Shown in pieces: positions 25,601 through 28,890 of a DNA stretch of 64,000 nt. Position numbers and translations under genes: made by a program. The stretch is taken from NCBI GenBank assembly GCA_964476445.1, contig CAYZAK010000001.1, positions 83,271 through 147,270 of the forward strand, written 5' to 3'. The notes under the pieces were generated by a model. It was not told where the DNA came from. It worked only from the letters and a program-made list of their open reading frames with translations, and ran no database searches. The number at the start of each line of letters is the position of its first letter. The first letter of the stretch is position 1. Source of the stretch: an uncultured bacterium. Its GTDB lineage: Bacteria > CG03 > SLGR01 > JAGXOG01.

Positions 25601-27313
25601 GGCTCCCTGGCCTATTTCATCACGGGGCCTGGACCCCATGATATTGATCTCATTAAGTGTGAGCCGGGGCGCCACTTCAAAACCTATTGGTGGAGATATA
25701 TCCTGTCTTGTATTTGTCTTTCCTCCATCCGGATGCCTGAGTTCAAGCTCCCAGTTGTCGGAAACCGGAGAAGCGGTAGATAGCACCGTAACATACAGCT
25801 CAAGAGTGTTTGCGCTTATACGGTTTTTATCCCTTATAATAACCCCGCCGTGCGGATCCGGGTGCTTAAGTTCGGCAATTACATCTTCTCCAATATAAGC
25901 TCCGTTTACTGTTATGGTAGACCACTGTTGAGAATCGAGAGGAACTCCTTGAGCCCGGCTTTTAGGATTAAAATCATATATCTGTGGGCGCCTGGTAATT
26001 GTAAACTCAGGACTGCGGCCGGGGGAGGAAATACCTCCGTCCGGATTTACCACCCTTACTCTTTCCGTTCCAATACCGGAATTTCGGGTTATCTCAACTG
26101 TTGCGGTTATGGTTCCCGGAGCGAGGTCGTAATTATAGTCATAAGCGAGCACACCTCCGTGTTCAAAATCAAGCGTCGCACCCGGCTGAAACCCGTGACC
26201 GTATACGCTGTAAGTGAAAGTCGAGGCGTTTTGACCGTAAGGCCCCTCGGTGCTTGCCTCGTATACCTGGGGAAGAAATCTGACGGGAACCTCCTGGGAA
26301 GCTCCTGCTCCGTCTATATTGACGCTTATATTTACCGTCCCTGTGATATTCGGGGCCTCAAAAAGAGTCCAGGAATTTTGCCAGACAGACGGCTCTGTTG
26401 ACGGTATATTGTAGTCATCCCAACCCTCAAACCTTATTTCACTCGAAGCGTTTCGGTCTCTAAACATTCCCCCCCGGATCTGGAGCATTATCGGTTCATC
26501 CGGAGTGCTTCCCAGAGTCTCGGTTATTTCTTCTTCGGCGGCATCAAGCACGCTGTATATGTAAGGCCTGAATGTCAGATTATCACTCCAGTTAAGGTAA
26601 GAGTTATTATCTCCCCCGGTATTGTTGTAATAAAAAGCCACTGCACCGCCGTCGCCGGCACTGACTATCTCGTTTTCCACTTCCAGGACCAGCCGGTCTC
26701 CATGATCAATCTCCAGATTTGGATGGGTCTCGGACTCACCGTCAATTATATTGGCCTGCCATCTGTTATATGAACCCTCGCCGCCTGTCTCAGTTTCCGA
26801 CATCGGGCTTTCTCTTATTATCCATTCATTTTTCCGGCTTCCATCGCCCCGCGGCTCAAAATATTCAGTAGAAAGCCAGTTCCTCCTCCATAAATAAATG
26901 TATGCGTTTGCCCTGTGCTGGGGCATTGCATCCTGGTCGTCGTCACTTCCGGCTATTCCAAAACATCCTCGGAAGGTCCAATTCGTTGCATTATATATGG
27001 TCTGTGCGCCATCCAGAGGCGGGGAGACAAAAACACCCATATTATAGTAATCCCCATCAGCTCCCACACTAAATCTATGCTCCTGCTCTTCACTTCCCTG
27101 CCCTATGGTCATAGGATAGGCTTCGCCACTTGCATATTCACGGTCATAATATATACGTCCCCGCGGACTGTTTGGCCTGGGGCCTCTTTCAAAACCGTAA
27201 ACCCCTCCGCTTCGGGGATAAATCGTGTCCGTCTCTATGCCGTCAGCGAAAACCGAGCCGGCGGACAAAATAAGCACAAATATTATGTTTAACAGCGTTT
27301 TATACATCTTCAT
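1..27313 (-). CDS. Giant secreted/surface repeat protein, at least 9,104 aa, 3'-partial (continues beyond position 1)
   Basis: ATG at 27313-27311 overlaps the TGA of the upstream gene (ATGA). N-terminus MKMYKTLLNIIFVLILSAGSVFA-DGIE is a Sec signal peptide. Hand translation stayed open down to position 2 (ends ...GAGNWEYWRGDRWG). Frame checks at 26564, 13508, 8099, 3644 and 1640 agree. The ORF track lists no fragment of this frame, as expected if it has no stop inside the window. Confidence 0.95.
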   Translation of the reverse strand, partial: MKMYKTLLNIIFVLILSAGSVFADGIETDTIYPRSGGVYGFERGPRPNSPRGRIYYDREYASGEAYPMTIGQGSEEQEHRFSVGADGDYYNMGVFVSPPLDGAQTIYNATNWTFRGCFGIAGSDDDQDAMPQHRANAYIYLWRRNWLSTEYFEPRGDGSRKNEWIIRESPMSETETGGEGSYNRWQANIIDGESETHPNLEIDHGDRLVLEVENEIVSAGDGGAVAFYYNNTGGDNNSYLNWSDNLTFRPYIYSVLDAAEEEITETLGSTPDEPIMLQIRGGMFRDRNASSEIRFEGWDDYNIPSTEPSVWQNSWTLFEAPNITGTVNISVNIDGAGASQEVPVRFLPQVYEASTEGPYGQNASTFTYSVYGHGFQPGATLDFEHGGVLAYDYNYDLAPGTITATVEITRNSGIGTERVRVVNPDGGISSPGRSPEFTITRRPQIYDFNPKSRAQGVPLDSQQWSTITVNGAYIGEDVIAELKHPDPHGGVIIRDKNRISANTLELYVTVLSTASPVSDNWELELRHPDGGKTNTRQDISPPIGFEVAPRLTLNEINIMGSRPRDEIGQGATDETLRITGSGFESGNVEVWFDEEADIEVKGVETYATRIEALIDVAGDCPAGPRDIHVRNINNGGYYVWFGSMTVNPRPVINQIVHPEWPTPLQLGVYSETTLEIEGQNFVESRIQLDFGVEDDEIELVDAVVEEEGTKLYATVRIHDGCPLGPKDLKIINQDLGESDPLPDAIDVVGAPGLESLDPAEAGQGAEDYQVTLHGSNFQDGCEIDFGSGISVEIVDYNPETLTVLLNIDEYTSTGLRDVTVTNPDGGYVTRNNFFNVTHSPDINYITPEVRAQGVTGSTLVVVGDGPYFQEGIDIWFSKSSTGYPVDDKIDVGELTSFSQNVMEFVNFNVDAEADLGDRWIVAENPDGGIFISGVSVLSIVEPPYLTPDELTVEGSNPSNQLGQNAREITLRIRGSGFETGISASDVFFDVPHIEVETVNWRSSSRIDVLVNVYHDCPVGDREVTVRNPVSGGTASRDDPGYFVIGARPDNISIVSPVPFEFGQRAQTSGQAVEITGDNFVSGLRIYFGEEWIPLSNVSVDPAKIQCDITVDEYMSTGYSDLIIVNPDQGNYVITDGVMINPHPVLQEFDPDFIGRGADDREMVVQAPGFKEGAVLTLVGPPSGQYNFHSYNYDYGSSSFTVLLDVGEELDVDTYDVRIENPDFGWDILEDGIEIRRNPEIEWISPDNVARGATDREIRIRAPEWGSYQEGCEVYFSTYSAGSPEDPGITVTTITYTDSRTLDIEITVSPEADWSPGGNPDRYLRLLNPDGGEYVTEDPLLTINKPPLLETCNTGASWPAESYELGQGAQSVTLELGGENFQEGADIIINEDDGDVAVTDVDFISSSRIDVTVNVSPDAALGAASVTVTNPDEGTSTQSDPEFLTITPKPAITSASPDNYGQGSEDVEIVLTGEYFLQSIGEEDIDFGSGISVKNVIVESDQELRVTVDIDGNASPVARDVTIVNPDFGVGVGEDVFSVNLGPRVDSISPTTRGQGSQGVEVDIKGAYFSDALTHDDVWFSGTRIDVTDVPFVAVDGSSMTVVIDIAHNASTDTARDVTVRNPDMGMDTIEGAFTVGLKPEIYECDPDALGAGALDQIIEVTGEGFQSGLEAYFSLSSLGDTEDNQISIGDISGDGDVITFSNVDVDPEAEIGPRYLVVINPDGGRAVSDEPVFEVTLAPVIQAISPNRLGQNASNITLNISGLNFQEGIGYGNVTFEPSSGITKHEVNRISEDSIQVRVSINAEADPGFRNVRVENPDQGADVDEDGFQITPRPRFHYASPDAAGQGAQNRIIEIHGTGFQTGMEALFGGDGISPNPAGASGSSTEMSVTISISTDATAPSERSIRLEDPDYGYSIVFDTFTINRAPSVTQLSPSSLGQGAQQREIIVQGSNFQDGITPEDISFSHGGDGIEVTNVEYQSPSEITLTVNVPHGCTAQTGDITIVNPDGGIKTETGIFTVNPAPDVTEIVPSQLSQDMYDEEINIYGSGFDVPGNISREVSFGTTTIETISVSYISDSQLRAYINILSTAGAQDYDITVVNRDGGVTTVTNGFTVSDKPYISHLNHPERGRGALEQDMRIYGGAFQEGSTVTISGEGLTLSTTTRIGSGELQVTLSITYGADLGPRDVTVVNPDGGTYILEDGFTVGDSPATAIGAPWKSRHNDTLTHSTGTVTTDAEKVYLSLKRLSDERWFRAGSGFVSTSEEWIEAAYTTGEEVWEYSMPLGELQHGTSYYIRTYGHGTNAGREQPGSGVTFIYDTEAPEVSITRPVHLAHYNDGSGEIDNRLNQIFGTAEEGTEKIELRIRDQDSELFWDGSDWVSQDQFFDVNAIDPSNWSYSISTANWIDGHSYNVRVRATDIAGNISTPGTGRTFRMDFQVPVTEVLNPEDEGIYNELTVISGSVNDEPGIGEVTMVQIYIQRQSDDFYYDGTEWQNSIEWIDVTSFDQEEWHYNVVEGTFDDGYYEIKVRAQDRAMNLECSDDGTSKPESVFFTWDETPPVTSVVFPEEDDIISDPDMVVEGTWSDPHGIDRIEICIENTDTGRWWTGGSWTDHSEQWVSSEDFANFEIYDGTWSYSGIPWLSGEHRIRTRGSDIVGNIEEPGPARGFMFDATAPDVNIVSIPEDGGWYNDVLTHFQGETADDEHGTGVDSVSLKIQDLSRGTTFWTGTSWVNDPSEDTWAEVSPPLGIWEYPVPPLEHGHVYSVTPRAEDVAGNVSYGSTNMFYYDIESPSSFITTPDDGQYGVISMVEGYSFDSPQDMDGHGVVEIYIYNETDEEYYTGSGNQWDSQMQWLEASWGSWMSAYSFRRWHYELPELSHGKEYTVVSRATDDAGNVEETHPEITFTYNENIPYSLITLPRDGTIIDGNISLVRGEVLNLSEESLSGVDVSIVRGEISGSEKVYYRWDWAEEEWVEVSGTVSYYHWAGADYPAGDRHYFEVDVSGINFDEQEAVYRIYSRARTQSYSESAGRGTAFEIETGFPLTWPDSPVHGDYLSEIEEITGLGAGNIPAQVQVSVQKVAVPEELDVYDENQEDEYWRWTHDEWQSTVYWLDADLSGIEGDWNWSLDVSESGPEGEIDWIHGYYYRIRSRARDINETHTGGTLIMVDRVDPVSEILYPSPGTFKDILTISGTAMDKDSGIAQNGIEVQIRYEDGGTIYYWDEDAGEFSSTTDNRWHSGVCDSAVGGSTVTWTFDASNLNNEFQHGIEYQLLSRATDRAGNVEDPPVEGPQIICDREGPDSVITSPPTGRIINFFTESYDISGTANDALSQVEQVEIQVKRGANYLQDDYSWDAEDNWLQTEYELGEWNISLTTDCWVNDHSSTITVRAIDNLGNIGPAQSSIWFIFDDEPPESEVLKPDGLHNYNDSDHDITDMIYGTVTDNQQVRDVYVRIQRGALDQYWNAEIEDWEEDEDSWNRAQVWSSSWTFTDIPSWVDNWEYRVWSYAVDTATNTESIPGNTYSFIYDSIPPESSVTVPDEDSFWSSSPQLQGASYDGGAGVYDVRALLKYTEGGQSFYWDSVGWAETETPQWISVEEPLSEWHVDPGDLPDEADFTPGRIYRAVSRARDERGPASPRYLNVENYEENWNEFIWDPAPPESEAVYPLNDGLIAEDAFIEGTAHDETGAMEDIPGEMVKTGKVEAVYVRLKKIDGGSEYWWDNTSSPSVWTTDPVWAETQLSPDATSWVLSDSPQWETLEDDYEANIRALDAAGNWETDFSTVSFAADFIPPETEITVPIHGNDYDTLDVIRGTAEDNYENIPTRGMNYVELMIVRDSDGYTWNGDSWSSGGNDWIETDVVSEGPLHWEWEYDLPGVIWESGEYYTVISRGVDKALNIETEEETGKNQNTFRFVAPAETFKISMDLSDSDTTDVQAGEELTIQVEAYNITEEITAMGYRGTVYFNLGGPAGVAGVVPSSYTFTAEDDGIKTFSGEVSTETTRFFSANTGPYPTADGDIYLEVYDDDTYAEPISTRAYVNVYPSALSRFTFQENWANTRAGESRTLTIEARDDFGDMEGGYGNIKHDYLGVVRFASNDPLISRGDGLPEDYEFQESDYGVVTFTEGFIFRRANIGEGNETEKWHVSARDQTVPGSESFYENLVVEPDMLDSFLVVTDTGPQIAGYEGQAASITVSAVDEFLNLLSSGTYEYTGEVEFTSSDTQAELPASPYSFTGEDNAHVEFETSVILKTAGEHWIRVRDEEREREGLQEGIEILPAPASYFRLSVSTDATAGEYNDIVIEALDPYGNRDVNFESLDDNDEGIKLSGTGGFMTNVSHDIVDFYAANNGISTYTAVVAFTEAGTGREITATNIVDQEPVGISETIDGIRVFNAEPDHFTVDRISPEPPIAAGTTMETFRVWIRDEFGNRCQNPPYLGTVEFASSDEQAVFNPETFEYTEEHGGRREFPDLFTLKTLGDQDIYINSMEGPDVIGSTIAITVVPAEHDGFRVETSTIQTSGERYSTRVESIDEYGNIVTDYTGSVRFDSDASDFDFIPFEYDFQEEDQGIREFRSIDGEGIRFSTRGVYYLRVYDFESPAKDGIKEDVFVTDRPVSTVTFPEDGDYINELTPPAIEGTHWDDEEVVEVKVKIQRVSNMFFWNEDAGEWQENEFLNEAEVHESSWTYAGEGINWISGNDYRIMSRARDNRGNYEIDYSTITFLFDSTPPETSFTHPEDGGHRNEPFLVSGTAMDYPAGFDSGLAQLRLQITHQRPGDPATYYWDTPDWVTTESTLYPPAGEEWVYDTMPNWQEGYLYHIYAWHSDHAGNVEDIKSVSFIYDETPPESTISKPDSDYESDKTLEKIWGTAEDLPAEPYYSAGVDRVQVRISSGTGTEIFWDGSSWQHMDPGQAWQEAEWWGSSWTYTSLEGAFEDGITYNVNARAIDRTTSDGITGPNVEVDFSTRTFIYDTIAPETVMERPEDNNTYEMMPEIYGTASDTPPGEVDYVEIRIRQTAGGDFTGMMWDWQEDEWSSSPQQEWSDGITPDGESWSISTSGVSWQATAEGVQYETEFRATDRAGNVEETKSHTWYYSSPFPTTVINTPSGTELNPNYYRSPSQISGEADEYTYENETYVLISSGPTYGTYWDNDSGQWSDTEVWNQVDTPTGEAPYSWYLSVDQSVWIDGTMYNIRSKGVGPAGEESPGSGRYFIIDQTDPTASVQEPAAGAHHQSVSRISGIAEDPSGEAWGYELGKIGEVHITIQDTEDNYYQQGGDWGAGEHWIPVQPIDGTFDSLSEEWYWDVDYPTAVWEDDGQYFIRSRARDHVQPSPNTGSSGLSELIIDTIPPTSGITEPYEEYYNALPQIMGTGADTPPGEWYDIDIMIRRTPGTTRYWDGGGWSISKETLSDEDDEDLIIYSSSWTYSDISWASGYEYRITVRGKDRSGNIETSTQTAEFVYDNRPPVTGGDQPSDGGYYNELLEITGTAQDDSSGQELVSGIEDVEVAYRKSEGTTGYWTQEDWTGQSSEGNWWTAFYSAGNWTEEVENPFADEDSPPDDGQYQVIIRALDKAGNWQTEFSTVTFTWDLTPPGFSDVSPSTSATINSMDVGLTLDEKMQVGPTRVVFEAQSGWNEEVEGSTYTAILNEAQGEDLEFQTIPWDQFDGELIDGNRYTLRLEGQDLAGNFDDGSWYFSDMIYDTTRPQSKFTYPYKYDHSTMSIISGTAEDPPPTAGSFFAGVEGTEVRIFRDYGEGSQESWDGESWDSGSHWLSAEGTESWQYEVTVTTAFEHNREYRVETRAYDSAANTQTVPTAHLFMMDTVPPEGLIEFPEPDEYYNTMTDISGTAADDLSGISVDGVKLRIRKSDSPIYYWSGTDWVLDEVWVEASFSVEDWSFESGPGASALGEYDDGTPFEVLAMISDDAGNTYTAPAVTFYNDTAFPSAEITNIESGQYYNPNTLVDIEGEASGEPSGIYSVEVVVEAEDEYWNPATESWQGDEIIWIPAESTTADTYETWKVGGINWLDGIPHHIWMRVTDKAENRTVYDTESDSTIENIQDYYVRFTYDETPPDSLVDFPENNKYYNIQYGTVTGQAFDPLPGSGVSRVRILLQRASDDQWWRGTYWGGERTMTVDFFDPDWEFYISPEARSVFYENPEEEYFIYTYAEDYAGNIEDLTAKTTFYYDVVPPTSTVELPETETEEEYYTAGDEVDTLIHGGQYDGYSGIDKVEVKISSGNNYWTGSVWTEEEQYSAINAQLHTSSWTYTDVPVWEDDVLYEITSRALDVAGNVGETPVTKRFQYDISEPESFVEMPVDGQGYEMMDEITGTALDATSGVDEVEVAIRENFGDLRHWDTQTGDWVSGTVFSTMVFSGGKWRFDSSGVPWQDDSDYRIRLRATDNVGITETNITNESQSVFTYYKPAVDFEFVRPDGTELDGEVTAGSTVPFKLTALNEDGNPAKWYQGTVEFSVAHEEYDTAPTSYTFTTADEGSRIFEGNVSSTALNFVYRDASSWVRAEDSDDEDLFKVQNIDVKWAPAQKIQLTGVPAYQVAGEIQSPVVEIFDGQWGDWGNPVEDFDGEVTFESENYPYETDMPGNYNFDGIEGGEHEFTDQLELKEKNQDTGWQVNARIVGTSIENDQYVIVNPAGIDHFILTGLPDPFEAGAESGITVEARDEFENTKTDYQGTISFDTDDVHEEVNFPDDYTFEPEDSGVHNFEGLTVTDTVRLITSGSRYVRVEETAFGVWMGTRTVTVEPSAVEAFEVSMTTQITAGVVQNITVEAVDEFGNLQTDYTGTVVFDSDNENFESLGPGEISDGYQEFTNWVTLKEASDPLTQRFEVTVEDGNNNLGSQEGIMVEAAVAEKLTVDYPGQVDAGSPNTAGVSVRDEFNNIVYDWSGEVTFHTGGTDDTATVDGFAVPVELTLTEGSENYTAIYRSAGVNQELWAYAGGLSSGTRTGITVDAGELEQFGVKLGGLSEDNAVSINRPVDITVEAQDEFDNVVENYVSTVTFASEDILADLPGPSNYTEDDDGVKTWPGGAVFNSSNTAEGWKITVTDDNDATKTGESVNVRVLLPPDTSVDMPYDGYRSWSLDSTSGTAVPHHEDYAEVTKVEMRLYCESGGDREGQYWRGGISWGAERWRELDYNSQEQVFYSEDLPSWDNLDVDGNAIYRFYFRAYDSLKGTETVRGPYRFYTDRGLPESEITSHSHGENYSSIDLIEGTAKDPGEFSNITNVQIQISYIDEGTTYYWNQSIQSTTTASYWNDTTEATGDGFGISPVVDWYFNAENVAWQNQKEHKIRTRSVDDAANVEEPVYEIAVTYDTDTPVSDIDVPAEGEVRNELEVISGTAFNEFGVDKIDVRIEKDGQYWTGSGWGGEEWLEGASGNWGDSAVSWNFSIPGEPFDENTQYQLTSRAEDTAGNVEDAGDLTEVIFIYDTLAPTATVTSVYDGDAVNWSFEGIEGTAYDTNEVELVQVALRRDPGAWWDGTAWSTDFEDMKWIDGQTADNYENWNLPQIDWENGRMHQVWMRVKDEAGNKEVYDSDVSQHIEANQGSLLSFRYDESTPTAWVDYPKNEASHNDMVEPLTGAAEDYPSPNSGVSDVRIKIQRSSDGNYWDGEVWGGDISMYADYGAGSWEYGISETDIGIFYENNEETYYIYSRARDNAGNIEPWEIKSVYHYDVVPPTSTINYPDEGEYYTSGEPEEIRGEMHDGYSGVDFVKLQISSGSYNWTGSSWTTAEVRVETQMFTSSWTYTTLSGAWADAGAYEVKTYVKDEAGNVQISTPSVTFIYDDSEPYSYLNTPVDGAMYESMDVVRSTGADDLSGLDTVDMAIRQDFSPYYWWDASGSTWTEVQTYNPTTQSGEFFELDTSTIQWEDDRYYNVYARAVDNVGLQESDPSSSRFRYVKPVTHLSLELIDGTDLDGQFTVAGDDMDIQVRALNEDGTVALGYTGEITFYTTEDSEEAKLPDNYTFTLNDEGLAEFPAGLNLKKSGDWQVTVSAVDPEGPASDSNTVTVENASIEKVRLDLYEGSQTETAGDELSPRVRIYDGQWGEWGNLVLDYEGTVEFAFISDEDTQATLPSTHTFTTGEGEDNGDRTFTEEMVLRTTAEEGWTVRARDTANPGEWYGDMTIAVDPAGIDNFVLTGLPDPYRAGTSTGIVVEARDEFNNRKTDYTGTVTFDTDDEHEGVILPADYTFSTGTLADNGLHVFEADYDTTTVRLITAAENRVVRIKDTDYTPWMGEDQIEVIAGERVNYEVSMSTDIDAGADYDITVRAVDEFGNLDTGSSDPVQFFTNNPVGYYSLPTAGQNLVEGERTFTDGVTLNRSSWTTEGYINDPWYVEVRHIDHPSPEIDGRQPGIKVNPAETSQFRVTGIQATLAAGEEDAFYVIARDEYGNRDINYSNTVTFTSDNTDWTVAPGTFTYSTSTERGLNLFTVEFRESGDNFSLRAFQSDPYDETIEGHQYPISVEPASLDSLSLSGIADPQRVDYETSGVLVQAVDQFGNIFENYTSTVSFNAPTSDIQVSPEPYNFVLEDEGESEFEVKMMTPGEHDVQVYDINDPDIYGWQDGITVATRPVSASTMPYVGLHTQPLTDISGTALAYSPAEVTGAQIKLRYMEGDEAYEDLYWEGGGSWVAEENWRPRDGTEEWTGGVPALWRLEEESQAARYRLWTRSFDSLGSTETVESSIDFWVDNAPPETGISSPDGEYVNEKPTIEGTAVDAGEISAITEVDIALKYIDEGTTYFWNHSGEGNWEESETYIWNPAAPLGEAFDSPSEQWVWDATAAEWNDGEEHWIYTRAHDEAQNIESPLKNRIVYDTQVGVSAVTYPEGGGQNYNEMDLIQGSAYDDQGVDFVGISIFNGEYYYNTETTDFDLAEENWILVEGTTSWSWNSSNVDWGAAGSEYWVTSKMTDLAGNQESTAEKNGISFIYDITTPESFVEYPMEGEFEQINDSTHTFTIYGTAVDEYSDVSKVELVIQMDEEDYWTEQGWTTEDINWVEAELHPSSWTYTGVNLRDGLVNNIWVRAYDDVKSEPNKEQVEETDILNSQNYNSEFRYDITPPYSDMVYPVRGESYNIMIATFTGSFRDPNYGSRVSEVAIQLRKDDGAGNWEYWRGDRWG
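1640..3646 (-). repeat. Type-B Ig-like repeat block 3 (6 units)
   Basis: Six ~100-115 aa units, e.g. AGIDNFVLTGLPDPYRAG..VEARDEFNNRKTDYTGTVTFDTDD..LPADYTF. Confidence 0.8.
3647..6146 (-). repeat. Trp-rich Ig-like repeat block 3 (7 units)
   Basis: Units begin PPDTSV, DRGLPES, DTDTPVS, DTLAPTA, DESTPTA, DVVPPTS, DDSEPYS. Confidence 0.8.
6147..8101 (-). repeat. Type-B Ig-like repeat block 2 (6 units)
   Basis: Six units with A-x-D-x-F/Y-G/x-N...Y-x-G-T-V-x-F motif. Confidence 0.8.
8102..13510 (-). repeat. Trp-rich Ig-like repeat block 2 (15 units, one Trp-poor variant at ~10262-10597)
   Basis: Units begin DRPVST, DSTPPET, DETPPES, DTIAPET, SSPFPTT, DQTDPTA, DTIPPTS, DNRPPVT, DLTPPGF, DTTRPQS, DTVPPEG, DTAFPSA, DETPPDS, DVVPPTS, DISEPES. 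Confidence 0.8.
13511..15592 (-). repeat. Type-B Ig-like repeat block 1 (6 units)
   Basis: Consensus AG..v.v.A.D.FGN....Y.G.V.F.S.D...LP..Y.F...D.G...F, e.g. VESIDEYGNIVTDYTGSVRFDSD..FEYDFQEEDQGIREF. Confidence 0.8.
15593..20692 (-). repeat. Trp-rich Ig-like repeat block 1 (14 units)
   Basis: ~115-130 aa units: DxxPPxSxIxxP...IxGTAxD..SGVxxVEVxI...YWxGxxW...W...WxY...WxxGxxYxIxSRAxDxAGNxE...FxY. Confidence 0.8.
20693..26569 (-). repeat. 20 tandem IPT/TIG-like repeats
   Basis: ~90-105 aa units with P-x-I-x-x-x-x-P..GQGA..v.I.GxxF.xG..v.F....R.V.V.NPDGG, e.g. APSVTQLSPSSLGQGAQQREIIVQGSNFQDG...ITIVNPDGG. The first unit is more divergent. Confidence 0.8.
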
Positions 27314-28890
27314 AATGCTATGACCACATATTTTCTTATGAAGTATAAAATCACGCCGTAATAAAGTATGCTTATATAAGAAACATAAGCAGCTTTATGC
27401 TCAAACCTGTAGACTATAAATGCCGCCGTCAGGCCCAACACTCCGGCGGCAATATACAGCATACTCAAACCCGTCAGTAACGGAACAACCATAAAAGCGC
27501 TAAAAATAACCGGGGGAACAATATGCCTGCTTAGCTTTTTTCTGTACCTTAAAATTCCTGCAAGTGTAAAACCTAAAAGAGCCGCTTGCCACAGAGGGCC
27601 GGGCAAAAGGTGGACCGCTTCCCTGTCTGCAAGCAATCCATATCCGGTAAAGAAAGAAAACATGTATGTAAGAGCAATAAACAGATCAGAAATTATAGGT
27701 ATCCGTTCTATCTTAAGAGGCGGAAGCATTATAAAATAAAAAAGAAGAATAAATACGATAAGATAAAGCAGGCACCAGTAAGTGGTGTTGATAGCAGCAA
27801 ATATTGCCATAAAAAGGAAAATTGACGCTATCAGCTTCTGCTCTCCGAAAGAGGCCCATTTTAAAGACCGGTCAGATCTTTTATTAATAATCCCTTTTAC
27901 CGTGCAGATATGTAAATAGGCAAAAAAGACAGCCAGGGCAAGCATTACGGAAGCAAAGTAATCTATCGGATTCTGAAAGGCGTGGGGCAGCACATTTTCC
28001 ATTCTCCAGATTCCCATAACAATCCCGGCAACCGTGAGTGCTGCATAATTTAAACCTTTTGACCAATTAATATTTTTAATCCAAACGCTAAAATTTTTCT
28101 TTCCAGCATATATTCTAAACCATATTAATAGAAAAATCGTTATCATAACCATAAGCAAAATTCCGGTTATCTGGGTATTGGTGTGTACTAAACCGGGTGT
28201 TCCCATAAGCTTATCGCCAAGCGAAGCCCCAATTAATTCCTCAGGAACATATCTGCTAAATATGGGAAATATTCTGTATATAGGCCCAACAGTAACAACG
28301 TGAAGGAAACCTAGTAGTACAACAAAACTGAACTGACTCATTATCCAGCCTGATACCGCTTTTAAAATACTTTGGGTTTTTATATATATGTAAGTTGCCA
28401 CACCGATACAAAGAAAGAGAGCCTCTAACCGTTGTCCGATTGAGTGCCTTTCAAATTGGTAGAAAGGGTTAAAAATGTTTATGAGTGCTGGGAGTATTTC
28501 CGAAAATTCGGTTCCGTACTGTAAGGGATATCCTCCAACGGTAACATAATCCCATAAGGGGACAATCCAGCTCACAATCCAGAAAACAATAACTATTTTG
28601 GATATTTTGAGGATATTTTCCTTTGTGAGAAGATATATTATGCAGCAGACTATCAGATACATTTCAATGTGAGCAAGTGCGTATGCGTTAAATATCTTCA
28701 ATATGGAAAAAAACTGAGGATAAGACGGATGGGTTTCGTGTCCTATTGTGTGGGTCCAGGCAAGCCCGTCACCAAAATTTCTCATCAGAATTACTACGGC
28801 AAAGAAAAGCAGCCACCAGGCGGTACCCGCCGGGTTATTTTCAACGGGTTCAATAATTTTTTCCTTTATGCAGTTAATCATTATCTCCAA
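27310..28890 (-). CDS. Multi-pass membrane protein: unknown N-terminal membrane domain plus catalytically degenerate UbiA-like C-terminal domain
   Basis: Many hydrophobic segments. The C-terminal ~260 aa align by eye to the 288-aa UbiA two genes upstream but lack both Asp-rich motifs. Confidence 0.8.
   Translation of the reverse strand: MEIMINCIKEKIIEPVENNPAGTAWWLLFFAVVILMRNFGDGLAWTHTIGHETHPSYPQFFSILKIFNAYALAHIEMYLIVCCIIYLLTKENILKISKIVIVFWIVSWIVPLWDYVTVGGYPLQYGTEFSEILPALINIFNPFYQFERHSIGQRLEALFLCIGVATYIYIKTQSILKAVSGWIMSQFSFVVLLGFLHVVTVGPIYRIFPIFSRYVPEELIGASLGDKLMGTPGLVHTNTQITGILLMVMITIFLLIWFRIYAGKKNFSVWIKNINWSKGLNYAALTVAGIVMGIWRMENVLPHAFQNPIDYFASVMLALAVFFAYLHICTVKGIINKRSDRSLKWASFGEQKLIASIFLFMAIFAAINTTYWCLLYLIVFILLFYFIMLPPLKIERIPIISDLFIALTYMFSFFTGYGLLADREAVHLLPGPLWQAALLGFTLAGILRYRKKLSRHIVPPVIFSAFMVVPLLTGLSMLYIAAGVLGLTAAFIVYRFEHKAAYVSYISILYYGVILYFIRKYVVIAL

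Noticed and set aside
350-27292. Dozens of 60-275 aa ORFs in the track (e.g. 3782-4609, 1973-2590, 25850-26401)
   Set aside because: All are antisense or off-frame shadows of the giant gene, with no motifs and implausible composition.
1-27313. Stop-codon recoding or alternative genetic code as the reason no large ORF was called
   Set aside because: The frame contained no stops on hand translation, and other genes end in TGA (27310), TAA (36823) and TAG (49031). The ORF was missed only because it leaves the window.
1-27313. Higher GC in the giant gene as a sign of a horizontally acquired island
   Set aside because: Only spot-counted and variable; explainable by Gly/Asp/Glu/Trp-rich vs Lys/Ile-rich coding. 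No integrase, transposase, tRNA or flanking repeat, and the gene is coupled to its upstream operon.
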